A stretch of 64,000 bases of DNA from NCBI GenBank assembly GCA_965112735.1, contig OZ218951.1:5704001-5768000 (forward strand), read 5' to 3'. Origin of the DNA: Phaeosaccion multiseriatum (lineage: Eukaryota > Protista > Ochrophyta, other classes). Below, piece after piece: positions 39,606-51,679 of the stretch; position 1 is the stretch's first letter, and each line of letters begins with the position of its first letter. Both the position numbers and the translations under genes were made by a program. Below the pieces are notes generated by a model that saw only the letters and a program-made list of their open reading frames with translations, did not search any database and was not told the origin of the DNA.

Positions 39606-42587
39606 TGTGTGTGTGTGTGTGTGTGTGACGGTGGGTGCATGCGTGTGCACGTGTGTGTGCGTATGTGCGTGTGTGAGAGAGAGTGTGTGGGGGGGGGGGT
39701 CGCTAAGAGGCACACGCATAGGGCGCACGACCGCAGGGAAGGAACAAGTGCAAGTCAAACCCCTACATACACATGCACATATGCACCTACGGCATTCGGT
39801 AGGTCGCATCTCATCTAACCTGCTCTAACGAGCTCGTCCGCCAGTGAGGCGGCGATACGATTGTCAAAGTCATCCCCCCCGAGGAAGCTGTCCCCGCTGG
39901 TGGCCACCACCTCGACCACCCCTCCGCCCACCTCCAGCACAGACACGTCGAATGTGCCGCCCTGCAGATAGAGTTACAGTTTCACGCCCCAGCAAGGAAG
40001 GAAGGAAGGAAGGAGGAGGGGAGGGGAGGGATTCAGGTCAGTGAAAGGGCGAGACATGAGAATACGTATGTCAGTGAAAGGGTGAGACATGAGAATACGT
40101 ATGCATTCATTTGGTTCACCACTGTGGCACGGCAGCAAAGACGGATGCACACACCCGCAGCGCCACTCACTCACCCCCACCCATATGCCTGCCCTGCTAT
40201 TCACTCATCCCCACTACTGACTTGTTCATCTCTAGTGACTGCAATGCAGCACCTCTCCACTCACCCCCAAGTCGAACACGAGAATGAGTTCGTCCTCCTC
40301 CTTGGCCACTCCGTACGCCAGGGCCGCCGCCTCGGGTTCGCGCAACAGTTTCACCTAAGAGGGGCAGCGGGTGTCATCAGGGGTTAGAGTGGGGCTTTCT
40401 CCTGCTGGAGAGCAGCACACCGGCAGGCATGCACACAGCAAGGAGCACACGCACACACACGCACACATACACACACAGACAGGCATGCAAAAAGAAGACG
40501 CACAAGACAGCACCACTTCCTTCCTTCTTTTCCCTGCCACCCCTCCTCCGTCCACTGCCATCTCTGACCTTGACGAGGCCAGCCTGCTCGGCCGCCGCCT
40601 TTGTGGCCGCGCACTGCTGCTCTGTGAAGTACGCAGGAACCGTCACCACCGCTCGCTGCACGGGAAGAACTTCCCCCTCCCCCCAGTCTCCCTCCCCCTC
40701 ACCCTCCTTCCCTCGCTTGGCTTGCATCTCGCTCCTCTTGCTCCTGAGGTTGGCCTGCACGTCGGCGAGAAGCTGTTTGAGCACATGTGCCGACACCTCC
40801 TCCGGCGTGACAAAGCTCTTATAGTCGCTGCGCAAGATCACCACCTCCTCTGAGGCCTTGCGATCAACATTGAGCGTCGCCAGCTTCACCCCCGAGCTGC
40901 GCGCCTCCTTCTGCGAGCGGCCGATGACTCTCTTGACGCTCGAGTATGTGTTGCGGGGGTCCGTCTCGAGCTGCCTCACCGCCTCGTCCCCGACGAGCAC
41001 TCGTGTCACACTCCCCCCTCCCCCTCCCCCTGCTTCTGCTGCTGCCCCACCCCTCTCCTCGTCCTCCTCCTCCTCCACCTCCTCCTCCTCCTCCCCGAAC
41101 ACCACACTGGAGCTCGTGGACATGTTAATGCCCTCAAACTCGTCCCGCCCCCTGCCCCTCTTCCTCCTCCGCCTACTGCCGTCGCCCCTGCTGCCCACAC
41201 CACTGCTGCCCTTAGGATTGCCGCTGCTGCCGCCGCCGCCGCTCTTGCGGCCCCCGGTCCAAGCAGTCGTCGAAGGCTTTGCCTTGCCCACGTAGGCCAC
41301 CACTGAGGGAGTGGTGCGGCGGCCCTGCTGCGAAGGCACGATGACGGGTTTGCCTCCCTCGATGACAGCCACGCAGCTGTTGGTCGTACCCAGGTCTATG
41401 CCCACGGAGATGCCCAGCATGTGGGGTTCCAGCTCCTGTACCTCCGACTGCTGCTGCTGCTGCTGAGAGGAAGAGGGGGAGCCTCTTGCTTCTCCAGAGA
41501 GGAGGGCCGCGAGGCTCGTCCCCGGCCCGATCATGTTGGCTTGCCGTTCCTCCCCTCCCTTATCCTCCTTCTCTTCCTTCTCCTCGTTGGGGTCGCTGAT
41601 GGTCTCCCCTCTCATGAGCTGGGCCAGGGTGAGGTCGCTAGTCTCCTTGAGGTCTTCCCCGACAATGCCGCCCTTGCCCTTGCTCTTGGCCTTGGCCTTC
41701 TTGGCCTCTTCCTTCTTCATGTCCTCGCCCTCCTGTACCAGGCGAGCCCAGGCGAGCTTCGGAGAGAGCGGCGGGGCAGCAGCAGTCGGTGACACAGGGG
41801 CAGCATCACTGTCACCGGGCTGCTCAGTAGCCGCCTGAGCGTCGGGGTCTTGCTTTCCCCCTGCCGCCCCAGTCACTGCCGCCTGCGCTTCGTCGTCCTC
41901 GTCCTCCCACACGTCTATCATCTTCTCTATACTGAACTCGCTCTCCTTGAAGCCCCTCTTCAGCCAGTCCTCCAGAGCGCCCTCCTCGGTGACCATGATC
42001 CTCTCCACACCCTCCTCCTCCCCCTCCCCTCCCTCCTCCCAGTCGCCTCCCTCCTCCCCGCCCCCCCCTCCGTCACCCCTCGCCCCGGCCTCGTCCTCGT
42101 CCTCCCACACGTCGATCATCTTCTCCACGGAAAAGTCGCTCTCCGGAAATCCTCTTTCCAGCCATTCCTGTAATGCGCCCTCCTCTGTAACCGTGATCCT
42201 TTCCACGGCCGGCCCCTCCTCCTCACCATCCACCCACTCTTCGGTCCAGTCCCACTCGCCTAGCGCATCCTCCTGCTCCTGCGGTGTCGTCATCGCCATC
42301 ACCGTCCGAGGAGAAGGCCGCCTCCTTGCGCCCACCCCCCCACTCGAGGGCCTTGTAGGGCGGTGCCGCTGCTCCTTCATCTCGGCGCCGCTTGCGATAG
42401 CTGCTGTTGCCAAAGCAGACGCAGAGAAGCAGCGCTGGCAGCCAATCGAGGGGGCTCCACCAGCGACCTGGGCGCGAGGAGCAGACTGGCTTCTTTGAAC
42501 ATTGGACGGTCGAAAGTTCGGCCGAATGAGAAGCGCGTCAGAGGCGGCCACAGCGGCAGCAGCCACAAGCAGCACGCCTCCCCTCAT
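38165..42587 (-). CDS. Hsp70/DnaK-like protein with nucleotide-binding domain only, N-terminal signal/transit-like peptide and acidic extension
   Basis: [66 protein letters not shown] and [11 protein letters not shown]. It ends ~30 aa later, either at TAG 38487 or, if intron 38490-38175 is spliced, at TAA 38165. Confidence 0.88.
38230..38376 (+). mobile_element. Tiny Ty1/copia RNase H-like remnants
   Basis: From 38314 the sequence translates [21 protein letters not shown], resembling the copia RNase H C-terminal KHIDxRyHfIRd motif. A more degenerate copy ([15 protein letters not shown]) starts at ~38230. Confidence 0.55.
38262..38467. ncRNA. 206-nt near-perfect hairpin, candidate miRNA/siRNA precursor
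   Basis: Arm 38262-38356 is the reverse complement of arm 38363-38467, with a 6-nt loop, few mismatches and small bulges. The inverted repeat is certain, but RNA function is inferred. Confidence 0.4.
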
Positions 42588-42904
42588 CCTGCCCAGCCGG
42601 CGCTTTACTCCTCTTCTCTGGGTCCCTATGCTCCTGCTCCTGCTGCTATTACTACTTCTGCTGCTGCTTCTGCTGCTTCTGCCAGATCCATTCCTCTCCT
42701 CGCGAGGGCTCCAGATCTTGAAGGAGGCCCTCCCACACCCCCTTTGCCGCATTCTCTCTGTCATACAAGGCACTGGTGCTTATTATCGCTTGGAGGGAAT
42801 CGAGCCCATATGCTTCCATGGTCCCAACTTTCCCCCCCCCCCTAACCCCACAGCCCTTCAACCCCTCTCATCTCACCACTGCCCCTTCACCTCTTAGTAA
42901 GAAC

Positions 42905-44347
42905 ATGAAGACTGCGTCCTTCGTCACGCTGGCGGTGGCCGGCTGCTGCCTGGCCCCGGCTTCCGGCTTCGTCGTGCCCCTGCCAGCCACGGCCCCACGA
43001 TGCCGCGGCAGTATCAGCAGCAATAGCCGGGCTTCTACGGGACGACCACAGCATGTGCTCATGGCAGTAGCAAAGGCGAAGGCAGCAACGAAGCCCAAGG
43101 CAGCAGCGAAGACAAAGGCAGCAGCAAAGAAGACAGCAGCGAAGCCCAAGTCAAAGGCGAAGGAGGGCCAGCCAGAGGTGTGGAAGTCATTCTCACTGTC
43201 ATTCTCTTCCATCCTTTGAGTGAGCCTGCCTGCCCCTGGCCGTCTTTAGGAGAAGATGACGGCAGTAGTTGTGCGAGGGGTGTTAGCTCTGACTTACTGT
43301 CTCAGCACACTTGTGCTGCCCTTCCCTTGCTGTTGCTGCTCGTATCTACCACGTCTCTCCGATATGCTCACCCTCGCCATCTCTCTCTCTTCCCCTGCTC
43401 TGTCCCTCTCTCTCTCCGCCCTCCTGTGGATCTGCTGGCCACTGTTCCTGCCTCTCTCTCTCTCTCGCTCTCCCTCTCTCCGTGGTGCTGAATGACTCAG
43501 CTCACCACCATGGCGAAGTCGGAGTTCATCGCCGAAGTGGCGGCCAAGGCAGGCCTCACCAAAGTACAGGCAGAGGCAGCATGCAACGCATACACAGAGA
43601 CAGTAAGAGACTGCTAGACGCTACGCACGCGTCCAGCCTATGCACCGTTCCTGCTGTTCGATGTGGGAAGCCTTGTCCTCGCCCTAACTCTGTGCACGTT
43701 TGTTGCCTGCTGCTGCCCCTCTCCCTGTCAGATCTCCGACGCCATGTGCACAGGCAGGAAGGTGAGACCATCCCAGCCAGAGCGGAGCAGCCCAGCGGCC
43801 TCTTACTTGCCCATCTGTCTCTACTCTCTACTCGAGGGACCGATTGATTCATCTGTGGCGTTTCATTCGGACAGCAATTCAATTTTGCATCCTGAGCATC
43901 GTATGCTTGTTGGGCCCGCTTTGGACTGCTTGCCCAACTCATGCACCTTTTGCTTCCACTTCCCTCCATCTCCCTGACCCATCTCCCCTGTGGTCTGCTC
44001 TCTGCCGCCCGCCCACCTGCCTGCTCCGCCCCAGTTGACCGTGCCCGGCTTTGGTGTGTGGCAGCCCAAGGACCGCGCAGGCCGCCAGGGACGTAACCCC
44101 TCCAGTGGTGAGGCCATTGAGATCGCCCCGTCACGGGCACCCACCTTCTCCGCCTCCAAGACCTTCAAGGATAAGGTCAGTCAATCAGGCAGCCAGGCAT
44201 ATGGGCAGACAGGCCGTCAGCCCTTACAGCAGCGAGGCGTATGGGCAGTCAGTAAATCACTCACTCTGTACACGGCACTGAAACTGTGTACTCCCTGCCC
44301 GCCTCCCCCGCACGCTCTCAATCGCTCAGGTCAAGGCCTCCATGTAA
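42905..44347 (+). CDS. Nucleus-encoded, plastid-targeted bacterial-type histone-like DNA-binding protein HU
   Basis: Exons 42905-43177, 43501-43602, 43732-43761, 44035-44175 and 44330-44347. HU core MAKSEFIAEVAAKAGLTK..., PGFGVW, RQGRNPSSGEAIEI and PTFSASKTFKDKV. The signal peptide is followed by ASG|FVVP. Confidence 0.93.
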
Positions 44348-44929
44348 CTGCCTGGGGCTCAGAGTGAGGGGCCAACCTGTGTGATGGAGCAAACATGCTC
44401 CACCGCACGAAGCTATACATATCAAAACGGCACATTTCTCTTGGCCTGGGAAATGTGGAACAGGGGGAAAGCTAAGGAGTTCGTGCTCCTCGCGTCGGAG
44501 GGGGGGGCATGAGCGTAACGGTTTCACAGGCTTAGGCGTGGTGAGCTGTATCTGCAGTTTCTGTCTTGGCAGCATTACATGGTTCAAGCGCAGCAGCTGC
44601 AGCAGCAGAAGGAGAAGAGCAGCTCTGCAGGGGCAGCGGAATGGGCGGTCGAGACAGCGGGAGGGGAGGGGGGTTAGACGAGAGGAAGGCAGTGAAGGTG
44701 TGCTTGGCTTTTGGCCCTCTCCGTCCGAACTAAATCTGGGGGCAGTAGCAGTGAAGCACAACAGCACAGCCTTTGCAGCTTCTAGTGCCGTCCCCTCCGT
44801 CCTTGCTGCTGCCATGATGAACCGCTTTGTAAGACTTTAATTTAGACTACCCCATAGGGCAAGGCCATCAGGAGTAGCCGTGTACATGCCACTCCTTTCT
44901 CTTCTTATTTGTTCCGCGACTACATTCCA

Positions 44930-45781
44930 TCAGAAGCAGCAGCCACAGTCGAACGGACAGTCCTTGGTGCCGCCGCCCCTGCCGATGCGCAGGGAGTCCC
45001 AAGAGTAGATGGGCAAGTTGTCGTCATCGTATCGCACTGGGCAGGCAGGGGGGGAGGGCAGCGGCGGGGCGTAACAGGACAGCACATGTCAAAAGTGTGG
45101 AGGACTCTGCTTCCATATCCGCGGAAAGACGACACAACAAGTCAACCCCCGCATAGCGCAGCCCGGTCAGCTGTGTGCCCGTGGCAATCGAATCAATATA
45201 CAGCCCCGTCCCTGGCCCGACAGAACTGCCACCCCCCCCCTCGGCCTCGCGCTCTGCCCACCTGGTCTGACGCTGTCCGACCATGCCCATTTGGCCTTGT
45301 TGGCTTCCGAAACGTTTATCCCTCGGGTATTCCTGGGCGGGAGCGGCCGAGCGGCCGCCACCGCTGAGCCGAAAGGATTGACGCCCACGTCGATGGGCGG
45401 GCCTCCCTGCCCCCCCTGTTGCTTGCCCTTTCTTTTGACCTCCTGCCTCTCCTGCTGCGCTGCTGCCTGCCGCTGCTGCCGCTGCTGCCGCTCTTTGGCT
45501 GTAGGAGCGGATCCGAAGATGTCGTCAATCTCTCCCGCCGCGGCTGCTACTGATACAGGGCCCCCTTTCCCCGCGGACTCTGATGACACGCCCCCTTTCT
45601 CTGCTGTTTCTGACCCTGCTCCAACCCCTGCTGGTGTTACGAGCTTCGAGCTCCCTTTCGTTGCGAGCTTGCTCCCTGCGACTTTCCCCTTTCCCAACCC
45701 CCCGCGATCCTCTACCCGCCCTCCATCCTCCTCCTCTTCGCCCAGTTTCGGCCCAATTTCTCGCGGTCGTTTGCGATTCAT
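44930..45781 (-). CDS. DUF1764-like eukaryotic protein of unknown function
   Basis: Exons 45781-45262 and 45036-44930. Contains EIDDIF and the C-terminus LPIYSWDSLRIGRGGGTKDCPFDCGCCF*. Confidence 0.85.
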
Positions 45782-46028
45782 TGGCTCAAGTTCCCAGGCA
45801 TACCACTCCTCAGTGTCTTGTTCGCCGCATGCTGTTTGTTCCTGTCAAAGGCATCCAGACTTATTGGGAGAGCCCGCCGCGGAGAGAGTGCGGCGGGTGG
45901 CCAACCACCTTTGCGTGGTGGTGCTCCCCGGCTCACAGAATGGCGTCAAAATTTCAGCTGATTCTCCTTCGTCGAAAGCCCCAGCATCAAGAAATCTTCT
46001 CGTTCTTCGCTCCTCCCTCTCTCCAAGC

Positions 46029-48563
46029 ATGAAGGCAACTACTGCCGCAACGCTCTTCGCGTCCCTGGCCACTATTGAGTGCAGGTGAGAGCCGTGGTCC
46101 GGCAGGGAAGGGCCGCTCGGCGTGCTGTATCTTTGAATCTGTGAGCGGGGCGGGTTACAGGTGGCACTTGGCCTGGGAAGAGGTTAGGTGGCTGAGGAAG
46201 CAAGCAGCACCGGCAGGAGTAGCAGACCGAGGAAGGTCTTCGCGGGAAGGATGTTGGCAAGGATAGAGAGCCGCCGAAGTATTGAAGAACGGAATGAACG
46301 CACATCTGTTCCCCAGTCTTGTTCATCACGGAAGAAAGCGTAGAGAAGGTGGAGAGGGGTGCTGGTAGGAAAGACAAGAGACCTGGCTCGTAACAGAGCA
46401 CTGAAACAGGCCAGAGAGGGAGTGAGAGTGAGTAGGAGAAGCGACACATTCAAGCAGGGGCGAGGAAGAGACGCGCAGAGAAAAGTATGTTCTCTTTTCT
46501 CTCATCTCCTTTCTCTCCTTCTCTCCCTCCTACCCCCACTTCGAAACAGCTTGGCCAAGATTTACTTTCAGGAGTCATTCGGAGAGGGTTGGGAAGACAG
46601 ATGGGTGATTCCATCCAAGTGGAAGGAGGCGGATGAAATGGGTGAATGGAAGTGGACGGCGGGCAAGTGGTACGGCAAGAGCGGAGCAGAGGACAAGGGC
46701 ATACAGACCTCGCAAGACTCCCGCTTCTACGGCCTGTCCGCCCCATTGGACGAGGCTTTCACCAACGACGGGAAGGACATGGTGCTGCAGTTCAGCGTCA
46801 AGAACGAGAACAAGGTGACGTGCGCAGGGGCGTACATCAAGCTTCTGGGGGGCGGGACAGAGCTCGACCAGGACAGTTTCGGCGGGGACACGCCCTACCA
46901 GATCATGTTTGGCCCGGACATGTGTGGCCCCACCAACGCACGCACCCACGTGATCTTCAACTACCCTCCCAAGGTTAGAGCCGTGTCTCTTTGTGAGGGC
47001 AAGGGGTTGGGTGGGAGGGACGGGGCGGGAGGGAGAGGGGGCTTGACTGGCGTTTGGCCGGCCATGGGGCGGGACCAATAACCGCGATTCTCTCTAGGGC
47101 CACTCTCTCCCAAGCCGCATCCTCCGCTGCATGCAATCATGTCTACACCTGTCACACATCGATCTATGTGGTGCTTTCGATCCACGCTACCAGCGCCTCA
47201 CCTCACCCCACTCTCTTTTCCCTCCCTCCCCCGCATGTTCTCCATCTGTGAGGCAGGATGATAACTTGCTCATCAACACGGACGTCAAGGTGGAGAAGGA
47301 CGAGCTCACGCACCTGTACACGCTGCACGTCAAGGCCGACGGGTCCTTCGAGGTGTTGATCGACCAGCAGAGCGTGCGCAGCGGCACCTTAGAGGCGGAC
47401 TTTGACTTCCTCCCCCCCAAGGAGCTCAAGGACCCCGACCAGAGTAAGCCCGAGGACTGGGTAGACGAGCAGCGCATCCCCGACCCGGAGGTGAGGGGAT
47501 GGTACTGGATGGGAAGCGTATTCAAGGGAGGGGGCAGTGGAGTGGAGTGTAGTCTGGTCCGGTCTGGTCCTCTCCCCATTGTCGGAGTGCTAGCTTCCCT
47601 CCTCTTCTCTCCTTCTCATTACCTCCCTCCCTTGCCCCGTGCACCTGCGTCTCCACCTCCGCCTTCGCCCCCATTCCACCCCCCACCTCCCCTCCAATTC
47701 GACAGGACAAGAAGCCCGAGGGCTTTGACGACATCCCCGAGTTCCTTCCTGATGCATCCGCCGTCAAGCCCTCAGACTGGGAGGACGAGAGCGACGGGGA
47801 GTGGGAGGCACCCCCCGTGCGCAACCCCGACTACCAGGGAGAGTGGCGGCCCAAGATGATCGACAACCCGGATTACAAGGGCCCCTGGGAGCATCCCATG
47901 ATTCCCAACCCCGACGTACGTATGGAGTGCGTAAGGAGTGCGTAAGGACGAGCGGGGAGAGGTTTCCGAGGCCGAGGGGGTCACACAGCACTGATATCAT
48001 CTCTGCTCTCTCTCTGTCGCACGGAGTGTTGGGAGTTGTGTTGGATGGGGTTGGGTTCATGGGGTGTCGACATACATAGGCTCTGCTTCTATAAACAAGT
48101 GAGAGGGAAGCGTTGCATATCTTTATCCTTCTGTCCTTCCTCTCTAACCCCCCCACCCCTGCCCCGCCTTGCCCTCTACCTTGTCCTCTTTGCCCCCCCC
48201 CCCTCCCCCCCCCGAACAAACAAACAAACGAAACAGTACACACCAGACCCTGCGCTGGCCACTCGGTGTGACAAGTGCACACACGTGGGCTTTGAGCTGT
48301 GGCAGGTGTCGGCAGGCTCCCTCTTTGATGACATAATCGTCACAGACAGCCTGGAGGAGGCCCGGGCCTTCGCTGAGAAGACCTTCTCGCCCAAGGTGGA
48401 GGGGGAGAAGGAGATGCAGGAGGAGGTGAAGGAGGCCGAGGAGGAGGAGAAGAAGAAGAAGAGGGAGGAGGAGGCGGCGGCAGCGGCAGCGGCGGAGGGT
48501 GACGAGGAGGAGAAGGTGGACCTTGACGGGGAGGACGAGGATGATGAGCACGAAGAGCTCTGA
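46029..48563 (+). CDS. CALR: Calreticulin
   Basis: 5 exons. Signal peptide, KIYFQESF, GIQTSQDSRFYGLS, LQFSVK, IMFGPDMCG, P-domain repeats (KPEDWV, PDYQGEW), GFELWQV, an acidic tail and HEEL. Confidence 0.96.
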
Positions 48564-48957
48564 GCAGATGGATATGGAAAGGAGTTGATAGCCTGAGCCT
48601 CGCCTGAACTTGCTGGGTCTGAGTCAGAGCCTGAGCTGAGGCTGCTTGCAGTAGCCCCTGAACAGGGAGAGAGGCGATATAAACAGACACGCAGAAGACT
48701 GGCAGATCGACAGGCACTGACTAGCTGCGAAGGAGTAAGTGCCATAAATGGAATGGACTAATCGTATGTACTAAGTACAATTTAGTCAACGAAAGGGCCC
48801 CATCCCTCGGGGCTGTGGGCTGTTTTGTAACGGGGGCATCACAAGATGGGGCATCCCGTGGGATATGAAACGGCGGTCTAGTCACCTGTGCGGCAGGGCC
48901 TCCGCAGAGAGAAAGAGAGGCAGAGAGAGGGAGAGAGAGAGAGAGGGAGAGAGAGAG

Positions 48958-48998
<41 letters not shown>

Positions 48999-49506
48999 AA
49001 GAGAGAGAGAGAGGCACAGAGAGAGAGGGAGAGAGGGGCGCTGTGCGAGACAGAGGTCGCACCCAGACAGAGTGTCCATCCATCCTCCACGAGTGCGCGG
49101 AAGTCAGCATGTCCGCGTTTAGAACTTGTCTCCTCATAGTTGGCTGCACTGTTAGAACTTGTCTTTGCTTACTGTTACAAGTTGTCTCCTGTTCTTTGCT
49201 TTACATACATGGCAGGCCGTTGCTTCCGTCACGCTCGCCTGCCCCAATGCGTCAACGGCAATGCCCGAATGACTGTTGTGGGTGCGTGTTGCACCTGTCC
49301 GCCTGCGTGTCGGCCTGCCTATCTGCCTGCCTATCTGTCTGCCTATCTGCATGCCTATCTGTCTGCCTATCGGAGGGAAGAGTCTCCTCCCCTCGCCCAT
49401 CCTCCCGAGATAAAGACAGTGGTCCGCCCCTTTGCCTCCGAGCTGCTCCTTCCCTCGCCTCCAGATGCACACCCAACTATAGAGAGAGACAGAGAGAGAC
49501 AGACCC

Positions 49507-50804
49507 TCAAAAACACACCCGGTAGGTGACGTATCTGCCCGCCGTCTCGGATGGGCGTGTGATCTTTACCACCTGCCCCCTCTGCAGGCCGTAGTAGCGC
49601 GCCACTGGGTCGTGCATCTGTATGCGGGGAAGCTGCGTGTCCCGCAGCTTGTACTTCTTCAGCAGCTCCTTCTTCTCCTCCGGTATCAGCACTTGGTGCT
49701 CCGGCACGAGCACGTGTTCTGTGATATCCACCATCAGCTCCGCGTCACGGAAGTTCTCCACCTGAAGGGGGAAGAGGAGGGGGGAGTGCGTGTGTGGGGG
49801 GGGCGAAGACGGCGACGCAAGCGAGACGGAGGGGCGGTCAGACCACCGATAATAGACGACGCGTAGCGACAACAACAACGACACCACCGCCACCACTGCC
49901 ACTACCAACAACAACAAACACAACATTCTACTAGCATGTCGTGCGTACCTGCACGTTCCGCTGGCTGCAGAGGCTCTCCAGCGCCTGTTTGGCGAAGGAC
50001 GTGATGGCCTCCTTGACCACGATGATGGCTTTGTTCACATTCTCCTGCCGCATACGGTCGCTGTACACGCGGATGGGTTTCACCCCGACCTGCAGGGCGA
50101 CAAAGGCAATGGTAGAGGCAGCATGGGGTGGAGAGACTATAAGTAGGGGAAGACGCAACGTACAGCTGCCTGACCACCTATGTCTAGCTCCGTCACTAAT
50201 GCCCCCCTGTGACTCCTCCCTCACCTTCTCGTCCTCGGGAAAGAACACAAAGAGCTGGTCGGTGGGGTCGTCAGCCTTTTCCACCAGAATGGTCATTTGC
50301 TCCCTCTGCGGGTTGTCTCCGTACTTGCCCAGGAACTGCTCAGCCGTCATGTTCAGAGACGCGTCCGTGACCACGTACCCGCGATTGCTTAGCATCTGGC
50401 GGGCCGGGGGGAGGGGAGGGGAGCACAGCACAGCAAGGGGTCGTTGATACGATGATGGTGGAGGGGGGGCCGGGCTTGAGCCACTGGGGGTTGGACATAT
50501 TCCCTCGGGAAGGGGGGATTGTAGCAAGGGAGGGTAAGACCTATTTCCTCGCGATTAAGACAGCGTTTGCAGTGCGGGAGGGAGGCTAGACCTCATCTCT
50601 CTCTCCCCCTCCTCACGGCCTGCCACTTGATGAGCCCCTCTGAGACGACTCTACAGCGAAGGCTAGCTGACACAAGCACTCGTGAGACACAGGTTGATGA
50701 CTCTGTTTTGTCGTTCCCTCTCTCACCTTGAGTGTGGTCCTCCGGATGCGATACAGCTTCTGCCCGTCTTGGGTGAGCTGCGTGGTGGGCCGAGCGTACG
50801 ACAT
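49507..50804 (-). CDS. RPB5: DNA-directed RNA polymerases I/II/III shared subunit RPB5
   Basis: 4 exons. [56 protein letters not shown] and [13 protein letters not shown]. Confidence 0.97.
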
Positions 50805-51286
50805 GGCGGGGCGGGGCCGCTTCCCATGCAAAGACGACCTCCCCCGCCAGTAGAGCTGCAGAGTACAAGCTGCTGCAGGACAACAAACAAAAGAGGGCGA
50901 ACAGAGGGGATCTCTCAGAGGGGCAAGAGAAAAAAAATGGCAAGATTTGTCGATGTCGATTTCAAAAATCGAATCATTACTTTTGTACTTCGAAGTACTT
51001 TTTTTTTTTTTTTCTGTTTTCCCATCTGCCACTGTACATACGTGCCAATGCCTCAAGATGGGTTTCATGGCGCCGCGAGGGAGCCTCTGCTACTGTATAT
51101 ATGTGTCGCCATGCCTCAGGATAGGTTTCACGGGGCCGCGGGGAGGGAGACCCGTACAAAGGGGCAGCAGGTTCAGAGACGCCGGGGCAACATCACGTCA
51201 GGCAACATCCACGATGGCGGGGTCTTGTGCATTGATTGGTGGCACGGGGTTGAGTCGCCTGCAGCAGAGAGCAGGCGGGGCTCAAC

Positions 51287-51628
51287 ATGGCTGCTCGTTT
51301 AGGCGATAGGGACGCCCCTCCGGCTTTCCTCGACGACAAGGTATTTGCTAAGCGCGTAAGCCAGGCTCAGCACAACGCCTCCCCCCACCACCACCACGGC
51401 CACCACCACGGCCACCACCACGGCCACCACCACGGCCATCATCACGGCCACCGCCACCACCACCACCACCCCAGCCGCCGCCACCACCGGGCGCACGTCT
51501 TCACGATCGACCGAAAACCCGGCGACCCGTCCATTGTCGGCGCTCCCCTCCTTCCCCTCCGTCGGCCACCTAGTCCTCTCGCTGAGGATTCTGACAGTGA
51601 CGGTTCCAGCAGTGACAGCTCCAGGAGT

Positions 51629-51679
<51 letters not shown>

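Noticed and set aside
42905-44347. Bacterial contamination or recent HGT suggested by HU, DnaK-like and GDSL genes
   Set aside because: All have multiple spliceosomal introns in the host style and eukaryotic targeting peptides.
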